From Psychrobacter sp. (GTDB lineage: Bacteria; Pseudomonadota; Gammaproteobacteria; Pseudomonadales; Moraxellaceae): a DNA stretch of 39,688 nucleotides. Below are positions 32,598 to 39,688 of the stretch, piece after piece. Position 1 is the stretch's first letter. Each line of letters opens with the position of its first letter. The translations under genes were made by a program, and so were the position numbers. The stretch is taken from NCBI GenBank assembly GCA_020024075.1, contig JAHHUJ010000001.1, positions 1 through 39,688 on the forward strand, read 5' to 3'. The notes beneath the pieces are model-generated. The model saw only the letters and a program-made list of their open reading frames with translations, ran no database searches and was not told the origin of the DNA.

Positions 32598-34109
32598 ATG
32601 AATAACGACTCATTACCCAACTCTGGCGGCGCTCCTCAAGAAGAAGACATTGCTGTATCAGGAAGCTATAAACAGCTGCATAAGCCCAGCTCTAGCTTTG
32701 CTAGTCGTGATGACTACCTGAATCATGAGCTGCAAATCATGCAGCCTAAGCGCTGGAAACCCAACCTCCCATTCCGTGATTATCGTTTTGAGTTTGAAGA
32801 CACCATCCCTGCTTTAGCCGCAACCATTGGTAAAGTGGTTATGGTGGGTGCTATTGCAGCGACTTTTGCTGGTGCCTTAAATTTAGGTGATGCCTTTATT
32901 TTAGAAAACGTGCGTTATGAGTTGTTGATAGTCTCATTCTTCGTTATTTTATTCTCCGGTTTTCTACTTCCTACAGCCAACTTGGCTGGTACCCATGGTC
33001 CGTTAATTCCGCTGATTCCTATCGTGGTTTTGGCTGGTGGTCACCCTATGGCCTTTGGTTTGCTAATTGGTTTATTTGGGATGTTATTGGCAATTAGTAA
33101 AGGGGGCAGTTTGCTGGCCAACTTGACCAGTAAGGGGGTCTGTGGTGGTTTGCTGCTCTATCTGGGCTTTATTGGTACTACCTCCCAAGTTACCAAGTTA
33201 TTAAATTGGTCAAAAGACATCAATATGCCGCACATCGCCTTCGTGGTGATCTTGGGGACCATTGTTTTATACGCTATTTTAGAGAATTATAATAAGCGCT
33301 GGTTAGCGGTACCACTGAGCTGCTTTTTAGGCGGAGCAACGGCCTACTTGCTAGGTGCACCTTTTGCGTTTGAGACGGCGCCAGGTATGCCGCACATGAG
33401 CCCTATGTACTGGTGGGGTGAGAATACTGGTTGGATGTTGGGTCTACCAAATTTAGAGAGCTTTATGGTGGTGTTACCCTTTGCGGTATTGGCTGTGGCT
33501 ATGTGGTCACCAGACTTCTTGGGGCATCAGGTTTTCCAAAAGATTAGCTATCCAAAGCGCACTGAAAAGGTGGTTATGGATATTGACGATACCATGACCA
33601 GTGCCTCAATTCGTCAGGTTGTGGGCTCTGTACTGGGCGGCGCAAACTTTACCTCGTCTTGGGGAACTTATATTGTTCCAGCGGCTATTGCCAAGCGTCC
33701 TATCCCTGCCGGTGCTATCTTAACCGCACTACTGTGTATAATTGCAGCTGTCTGGGGCTATCCTATGGATTTGGCTATTTGGGAACCTGTGATGTGTGTG
33801 GCGCTCATTGTGGGGGTATTTATTCCTCTACTTGAAGCAGGTATGGAGATGACTCGTGAGGGTAAAACCACACAATCAGCAGCCATCGTAGTATTCGCTT
33901 CAGCGCTTGTGAACCCAGCCTTTGGTTGGTCATTGACTATGTTGCTAGATAACATGGGTCTGATTGGCTCAAAAGAGCGTAGTGCGGGCCTGAGTAAAAT
34001 GAGTCGCTGGATTATCCCAGCTGGTATGTTTGTTCTATTAACCGTGGTTATGGCTATGGTGGGTATGTTGCCAGGTATTCCTGCATTATTGGCAAGCTTT
34101 AGACACTAA
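32598..34109 (+). CDS. DUF3360 family integral membrane protein (putative permease)
   Basis: HELQIMQPKRWKPNLPFRDYRFEFED N-terminus, NLAGTHGP, many TM segments; family assigned by recognition. Confidence 0.75.
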   Translation: MNNDSLPNSGGAPQEEDIAVSGSYKQLHKPSSSFASRDDYLNHELQIMQPKRWKPNLPFRDYRFEFEDTIPALAATIGKVVMVGAIAATFAGALNLGDAFILENVRYELLIVSFFVILFSGFLLPTANLAGTHGPLIPLIPIVVLAGGHPMAFGLLIGLFGMLLAISKGGSLLANLTSKGVCGGLLLYLGFIGTTSQVTKLLNWSKDINMPHIAFVVILGTIVLYAILENYNKRWLAVPLSCFLGGATAYLLGAPFAFETAPGMPHMSPMYWWGENTGWMLGLPNLESFMVVLPFAVLAVAMWSPDFLGHQVFQKISYPKRTEKVVMDIDDTMTSASIRQVVGSVLGGANFTSSWGTYIVPAAIAKRPIPAGAILTALLCIIAAVWGYPMDLAIWEPVMCVALIVGVFIPLLEAGMEMTREGKTTQSAAIVVFASALVNPAFGWSLTMLLDNMGLIGSKERSAGLSKMSRWIIPAGMFVLLTVVMAMVGMLPGIPALLASFRH

Positions 34110-34162
34110 TCTTTGTTATGAGCTAGTATGCTTCTTAAGTAAGATTTGAGTTAGCAGTAGAG

Positions 34163-34187
34163 AAGTCGGCTTAGAGCCGGCTTTTTT
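34163..34187 (+). terminator. Terminator after the DUF3360 gene
   Basis: AAGTCGGCT-tag-AGCCGGCTTTTTT. Confidence 0.8.
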
Positions 34188-34255
34188 GTGCTTGCAATAA
34201 GAGCCTCAAAGCCCCATAAATAGGGATATCTTTAATAATTTTGGTTTTGTGAGTT

Positions 34256-36100
34256 ATGGTGAATAAGTCGACAACGATGGGCGTAGATGATAGAGAGGCC
34301 CGTCTTAAACACCTCATTAAACGCATGCCCAACTTGCCAGGCGTGTATAAGATGCTGGGTAAAAATGGTGATATCTTATATGTCGGTAAAGCAAAATCGC
34401 TCAAAAATCGAGTCAATAGTTACTTTGCTAAAACCATTGATCACCCCAAGACGCGGGCTTTGGTCTCACGCATCCATAATATTGAGACTATTATTACCCG
34501 TAGTGAAACCGAAGCACTACTGCTAGAACAAAACCTTATTAAAGAGCACCGTCCGCCTTATAACGTCTTGCTACGTGATGATAAGTCGTATTTGTATGTC
34601 TTCATCTCAGCCGATCAGCCTTATCCTAGATTAGCGTATGGACGCGGCAAAGCTAAGCATCAAAAAGGCAAATTCTTTGGGCCATTTCCTTCAGCTCATG
34701 CTGCCAAAGAAACCTTAACCTTAATGCAAAAGATGTTTCAGATGCGCCAGTGCACCAACACCTTCTTTCGTCAACGCAAGCGTCCATGTCTGGAATATCA
34801 GATTAAGCGTTGCCGAGCCCCCTGCGTTGGATTGGTATCGCCAGAAGATTATGCGGTGGATGTTGATAACACCATTCGTTTCTTAAAAGGTGACTCATCT
34901 GATATTCATCAAGCCTTGATCGAGAAAATGGAAGGGGCGGCTGATAAGCTAGACTTTGAAAAAGCAGCTTTTTATCGCGATCAATTGTCCATGCTGCGTG
35001 AGGTGCAGTCGCGTCAAGCGGTCTATACCGTGCAAGGTGAGGCTGATGTTATCTCTATTGCCAGTCAGGCTGGTATGACCTGCGTTAATGTGCTTACCGT
35101 GCGTGGTGGGCGGGTATTAGGTGGTAAAAATTATTTCCCTGATGTCGATAGCAGTGAGCCTATAAGTAGTAACTTATCAGCGTTTGTTACCTCATTTTAT
35201 TTCCAAGTCACCGATGACCTGCCGCCAGAGATTATCATTAGTCATGAGCTTCCTGATCAGCAGGCGCTGCAAGAAGCACTAAGCACTCATTTTGAGAGTA
35301 AGACGCTGATTAAGACCAATGTGCGAGAGCACCGAGCGGAGTGGTTAGAGTTGGCAAAATTAAATGCTAACAATGCTTTAAAAACCAAACTTGGAGATTA
35401 CCTAGAGCTACACGCACGCTTTGGGGCGCTAAAAGAAGTGCTACAGCCAGTTACCCAAACCAACATCGATAGAATTGAGTGCTTTGATATTTCGCATACT
35501 ATGGGCGAGGCGACCATTGCTAGCTGTGTGGTGTTTGATCAAGGTGGAGCGCGTAAGCGTGATTATCGTCAGTACGCCATTCACGGAGTACAAGACGGTG
35601 ATGATTATGCGGCCATGTCTCAGGCTTTGACCCGTCGATACAAGAAGCATCCCTTGCCTGATATTCTGTTAATTGATGGTGGTAAAGGTCAGCTGAATAT
35701 GGCCAAAAACGTACTGACTGAATTAGGCATCCTAAATGATACCTTGCTGATTGGGGTAGCCAAGGGCGAGGGGCGTAAGGCAGGTCTTGAGGTATTGCAC
35801 TTCATTGATCATGAGCCATTAGACTTGCCCATGGACTCAAAAGCGCTGCATTTAATTATGAATATCCGCGATGAGGCGCACCGCTTTGCCATTACCGCTC
35901 ACCGTAAGAAGCGGGATAAGCGTCGATCTTCTTCGGTGCTAGAAGCGATTCCTGGACTTGGTGAGAAGCGTCGTCGTGATTTGTTAAATCACTTTGGGGG
36001 CTTACAGCAGCTGCTAGGGGCCTCTCAGCAAGAGCTGGAAGGGGTAAATGGTATCGGTAAAGTAATGGCCAATACCATTTATAAAGTATTACACGAGTAG
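34256..36100 (+). CDS. uvrC: Excinuclease ABC subunit C
   Basis: GIY-YIG (PGVY...YVGKAK), Cys-rich region, [22 protein letters not shown], HhH motifs. Confidence 0.97.
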   Translation: MVNKSTTMGVDDREARLKHLIKRMPNLPGVYKMLGKNGDILYVGKAKSLKNRVNSYFAKTIDHPKTRALVSRIHNIETIITRSETEALLLEQNLIKEHRPPYNVLLRDDKSYLYVFISADQPYPRLAYGRGKAKHQKGKFFGPFPSAHAAKETLTLMQKMFQMRQCTNTFFRQRKRPCLEYQIKRCRAPCVGLVSPEDYAVDVDNTIRFLKGDSSDIHQALIEKMEGAADKLDFEKAAFYRDQLSMLREVQSRQAVYTVQGEADVISIASQAGMTCVNVLTVRGGRVLGGKNYFPDVDSSEPISSNLSAFVTSFYFQVTDDLPPEIIISHELPDQQALQEALSTHFESKTLIKTNVREHRAEWLELAKLNANNALKTKLGDYLELHARFGALKEVLQPVTQTNIDRIECFDISHTMGEATIASCVVFDQGGARKRDYRQYAIHGVQDGDDYAAMSQALTRRYKKHPLPDILLIDGGKGQLNMAKNVLTELGILNDTLLIGVAKGEGRKAGLEVLHFIDHEPLDLPMDSKALHLIMNIRDEAHRFAITAHRKKRDKRRSSSVLEAIPGLGEKRRRDLLNHFGGLQQLLGASQQELEGVNGIGKVMANTIYKVLHE

Positions 36101-36160
36101 CTTTAGCACTGTCTGCTTTTTTAAACTAATAGATTTTTTGAGTTATTTGCTACTTTTCAA

Positions 36161-36892
36161 CTATTTGCTGTTCAGGCGGTTGGCCACTTGCTCACGCAGC
36201 CAAGACCTTAAGTCTTCTGACATATTGGCCAACTGCTCACTGAGATAATCGTCGATACGGTTTTCCAACTCTTTTATGAAGTCAGCATCGAGCTCAGCCT
36301 TGGGAGCGGTATTGTCGAAGGCGAAGGATGCTGGGGCAGAGATTTCTGTTTCAGGTACCACTACGGCAGCAGGCTGTGACTCTGATGTATCGGTAGAGGT
36401 ATCAGATACTTGTGTATCAGAGTTTTCAGTATCCTTAGCAGTATCAGTAGTGGCTTCAGTGTCTACCTCTACCTTAATACTGTCCTCTACCAGATCGGCA
36501 TCTGCTACTTGCATCACTTGTTGTTCAAGATCTACGGGTTCTTCTGCTGGCGCTTGTGGCTGATCTAAAGCTTGTTGCTCCGTATGCTGCTCGTCATTTA
36601 ATAAGCGCTCCGCTTCTAACGCTTCAAATTCGACTCTTTCTGCCTCTAAGCGCTCGGCTTCTAACCTCTCAGCCTCAAGGCGATCGGCTTCTGTTTTAGC
36701 AGCAATCTCTGCATTAATAGCGTCGATATGGGCATGCAAATCTGGCACTGTAAATTCGAAGCTTTCTAAGTCAGTGTCCGCGTCAAGCAGCTGCATAATA
36801 TCTTCAAACTCTTGTAGCAAGGCGTCTTTAACCGCTTGTGGAGCGTTGCTCCAGCGATGAGAGAATTGGTGTGAGAACGCAACTTGTGCCAT
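36161..36892 (-). CDS. Hypothetical acidic protein with EAERL repeats and a low-complexity linker
   Basis: 243-aa ORF with GGAG RBS, co-oriented downstream of fabF. Confidence 0.8.
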   Translation of the reverse strand: MAQVAFSHQFSHRWSNAPQAVKDALLQEFEDIMQLLDADTDLESFEFTVPDLHAHIDAINAEIAAKTEADRLEAERLEAERLEAERVEFEALEAERLLNDEQHTEQQALDQPQAPAEEPVDLEQQVMQVADADLVEDSIKVEVDTEATTDTAKDTENSDTQVSDTSTDTSESQPAAVVVPETEISAPASFAFDNTAPKAELDADFIKELENRIDDYLSEQLANMSEDLRSWLREQVANRLNSK

Positions 36893-36953
36893 ATGAATGT
36901 GTCTCCATCAGAGTTTGATAGTGGGAAATAAGAGTGGTTATGCGGTAGACCTA

Positions 36954-38306
36954 TTAATCTACCCAGCGCGCGAAAATCAAAGAGCCATTGGTGCCACCAA
37001 AGCCAAAGCTGTTAGACATCGTATAGTTAAGGTTGGTCACTGAACGCGCTGCATTAGCCACATAATCTAGGTGGCAGTTTTCATCGACGTTGTCGAGGTT
37101 GATGGTGGGTGGTACTCTCTGATCTAGCAAAGCCTGAATACTAAAAATAGCTTCGATAGCGCCAGCAGCACCTAATAAATGTCCAGTCATGGACTTAGTT
37201 GAGCTTACCAATAGACGCTCTTTGCAGGCTTCAAATATGCCTTCAATGGCTTTGGACTCAGCCACATCTCCGGCTGGGGTGCTAGTACCATGTGCATTGA
37301 TATAGCCAATTTCACAAGGATCAATCCCCGCATCTTTAATGGCCATAACCATCGCTCTAGCGGCGCCTTCACCGTCAGTTGGTGGGGCAGTAATATGATG
37401 CGCATCGTCACTCATACCAAAGCCTGCCAGCTCCGCTAAGATAATAGCACCGCGGGCTTTGGCGTGGGCTAAGCTTTCTAGTACCAATACCCCCGAGCCG
37501 TCTCCTAATACAAAGCCATCACGGTCTTTGTCAAATGGGCGGCTGGCACGAGTGGGGTCGTCATTGCGAGTAGATAAAGCGCCCATAGCGGCAAAGCCTG
37601 CCATACCCAGAGGGCTAGAGCCTTTCTCGCTGCCACCGGCCAACATGACATCACAGTCGCCATAAGCGATTAAGCGAGCTGCTAGTCCAATGGCATGGGC
37701 AGCAGAAGTGCACGCTGTTGCAGTCGCTAAATTGGGGCCGCGTAAGTTATGCTTAATGGCCACCATACCAGCGGCCATATTAATAATAGAGCCTGGGAGT
37801 GAAAAAGGAGAGACGCGGCGTACCCCTTGATTGGCTAAGGCATCCCGATTGTCTTCTAAGGTTTGTAGTCCCCCAATACCTGCCCCGATGATGACACCGA
37901 AGCGATCTGAGTCTACGTTTTGTACCGGAGCTGGCTCAGATGACACCTCTTCAATGAAGCCAGCTTGTTTTAGGGCCATGCTGGCAGCAGCCACCCCATA
38001 ATGAATAAAGGCATCATAACGCCGAGCTTCTTTGGCAGCCATAAATTGATTGGCTTCAAAGCCTTCTACGGTGCCTGCAAATTGCGCGCGGTAGGTGGAG
38101 GCATCAAAGTGGGTAATCGGCTTAATACCACTTTCGCCTTTGATTAAGCGTTGCCAAGTGGTGTCTACGTCTAAGCCGAGGGGAGTAACCGCACCCATAC
38201 CGGTAATCACTACGCGCTGATGATCAGCCCGATTAAAATGGGCCGGCTTACTGTCAACTGCGGCGCTATTTGAAGTTTGGTTTGTATTTGTTGTGGGCTG
38301 ACTCAT
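36954..38306 (-). CDS. fabF: 3-oxoacyl-ACP synthase II
   Basis: RVVITGMG, TACTS (Cys), NAHGTST, GHLLGAAG, SNSFGFGGTN. Confidence 0.93.
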   Translation of the reverse strand: MSQPTTNTNQTSNSAAVDSKPAHFNRADHQRVVITGMGAVTPLGLDVDTTWQRLIKGESGIKPITHFDASTYRAQFAGTVEGFEANQFMAAKEARRYDAFIHYGVAAASMALKQAGFIEEVSSEPAPVQNVDSDRFGVIIGAGIGGLQTLEDNRDALANQGVRRVSPFSLPGSIINMAAGMVAIKHNLRGPNLATATACTSAAHAIGLAARLIAYGDCDVMLAGGSEKGSSPLGMAGFAAMGALSTRNDDPTRASRPFDKDRDGFVLGDGSGVLVLESLAHAKARGAIILAELAGFGMSDDAHHITAPPTDGEGAARAMVMAIKDAGIDPCEIGYINAHGTSTPAGDVAESKAIEGIFEACKERLLVSSTKSMTGHLLGAAGAIEAIFSIQALLDQRVPPTINLDNVDENCHLDYVANAARSVTNLNYTMSNSFGFGGTNGSLIFARWVD

Positions 38307-38391
38307 GATGTTATTGCCTTATTCCTTAGCCGATCCTTGTTGCTAAGCTAGACTAGACTTGAAAGGGTCGTCAAGCTGTTGATTATAATAA

Positions 38392-38808
38392 CTAAGATTC
38401 ACCATAAACTTTTAGTTTGGCGGCAAATGCACACTGCTTCATACGAGCAGACTGTACTACCGCATCGCGCTCACCGAACAGGCGCGATAGCTTGGCATCA
38501 CGTGCGCTATTACTGGTGCTTTTACCAACACCAATGTTGATGTTAGGAGAAATCCCCCAGCGACCAGCAGACACGCCAACCCCGATACCTGTTGTGGTCA
38601 ATCCTGAGTAGTTTTTACTTTCTGTATTAATATAGGATTGAATGCGCTGGTATTCTTGAGACAGCGCTGAACAGTTATAGTTTTGATAAGTGCTTGGTGG
38701 AATGTACTGTGGTGAGATATTACCAGTGCTGGCACAACCACTGACAACTAGGATACTGCCAACTACTGCAGCAGAAGTCATTAAAGATTTTACGCTAAGT
38801 TTTGGCAT
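38392..38808 (-). CDS. Putative lipoprotein
   Basis: Signal peptide with lipobox VSG-C, YxxYxC motif, Gly-rich hydrophobic segment; AGGAG RBS. Confidence 0.75.
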   Translation of the reverse strand: MPKLSVKSLMTSAAVVGSILVVSGCASTGNISPQYIPPSTYQNYNCSALSQEYQRIQSYINTESKNYSGLTTTGIGVGVSAGRWGISPNINIGVGKSTSNSARDAKLSRLFGERDAVVQSARMKQCAFAAKLKVYGES

Positions 38809-38933
38809 AGGAGCTCCTAAGTTTATAATTACTTTAATTAAGATTATACAGTGAATAGGGGCTTCACTTATATATAGAATTATTAGCTGTTTTGAGTTAT
38901 GAGTGGTGTCGCCAGCTGTCGATAGCTACTGGG

Positions 38934-39293
38934 CTACATAAAGTTGCCAGGCTTAACAAAAGCTAAGATAAAAATAGCCACGTAAGCAATGAAAGCGATA
39001 AAAATACCAGACTTGCTCTGCGCTGGTGTGGCCGTTGCTCTAAAAGCTTTAATACTAGCACTTATTGCCGCTATGAGTAATATAATTTTGGCAGCCACCC
39101 ATTGTAGTGGGGCATTGGTTGACAGTAGAGGCATGACGGTTAATACGCCTGAGATAATTAATAGGGTATAGACCACATGGCTAGCAATTTTACCCTTTTT
39201 GTCAAAGCGAATACCTTTGGCTATCACTAAGTAGCTTTGCCATAAAAAAAGCACCACAGTAATTACCGCCATTAACATATGTAAGTGTTTCAT
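38934..39293 (-). CDS. SirB2 (YchQ)-like small membrane protein
   Basis: MKHLH start, HVVYTLLIISG, WVAAKIILL; four TM segments. Confidence 0.75.
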   Translation of the reverse strand: MKHLHMLMAVITVVLFLWQSYLVIAKGIRFDKKGKIASHVVYTLLIISGVLTVMPLLSTNAPLQWVAAKIILLIAAISASIKAFRATATPAQSKSGIFIAFIAYVAIFILAFVKPGNFM

Positions 39294-39342
39294 AGTTTCC
39301 TCTGGCCAGTTGTCTGGTCAATAAAATGAGTAATTTTTATTA

Positions 39343-39666
39343 TTAGCTTTTGTTTTGACCAGCGCAAAGGGGGCTGGCAGGCACTGTTTGGTTTTGTTGT
39401 TGCCACTCATCTGGGCTGTAAGCGTGGATGGCTAAGGCATGGATACTACCACCTTGGCTGGTCATCAACTCATTCATTAACCCATAGATAAGTTGGTGCC
39501 GAGCAACGCGTCTTTTTCCCTCAAATTCAGGGCTAACCACAGTCAACTTAAAGTGGCTTTCTTTGCCTTCAAAATAACCGGCATGATTCATAGATTCATT
39601 AACTAACTCGGTGTGAGTAGGGTTAAGAGGCTCTACGCGTTTTAATATCTCGTTATGGACTTGCAC
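39343..39666 (-). CDS. bolA: BolA family protein
   Basis: NESMNH, ESHFKLTVVS, RHQLIY, IHALAIH; GTG start behind GGAG. Confidence 0.9.
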   Translation of the reverse strand: MQVHNEILKRVEPLNPTHTELVNESMNHAGYFEGKESHFKLTVVSPEFEGKRRVARHQLIYGLMNELMTSQGGSIHALAIHAYSPDEWQQQNQTVPASPLCAGQNKS

Positions 39667-39688
39667 GCCCTTTCTCCTAATAGTTGAT

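Noticed and set aside
34171..34416. 81-aa minus-strand ORF over the uvrC start
   Set aside because: Antisense to uvrC and runs into a terminator; no motif

Overview
Mostly core chromosome of a Moraxellaceae bacterium. The gene order and protein sequences look Psychrobacter-like; this is recognition, not a database result. In order: dienelactone hydrolase, YcgN, glnK-amtB with sigma54/NtrC-like sites, an unannotated decayed membrane-protein gene, SulP-USP pair, murD-ftsW, gluQ, dksA, cpdA, znuB, znuC, zur / znuA with a Zur box, the complete atpIBEFHAGDC operon, a BfmR/RstA-BfmS/RstB-like two-component pair, an orphan EnvZ-like kinase, rpsP-rimM-trmD-rplS, a DUF3360 membrane protein, uvrC, an acidic hypothetical protein, fabF, a lipoprotein, SirB2 and BolA-family genes. 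I saw no transposase, integrase, prophage gene, CRISPR array, rRNA or tRNA, and I cannot support a clearly new multi-gene system. The best leads are: (1) an acidic helix-disorder-helix protein with PopZ-like architecture; (2) a ~167-nt nested, G-U-supported RNA structure next to 20-bp tandem repeats between znuA and atpI; (3) a structured, uORF-containing leader upstream of sulP; (4) a reconstructable pseudogene broken by micro-duplications; (5) hairpins in most atp operon spacers.
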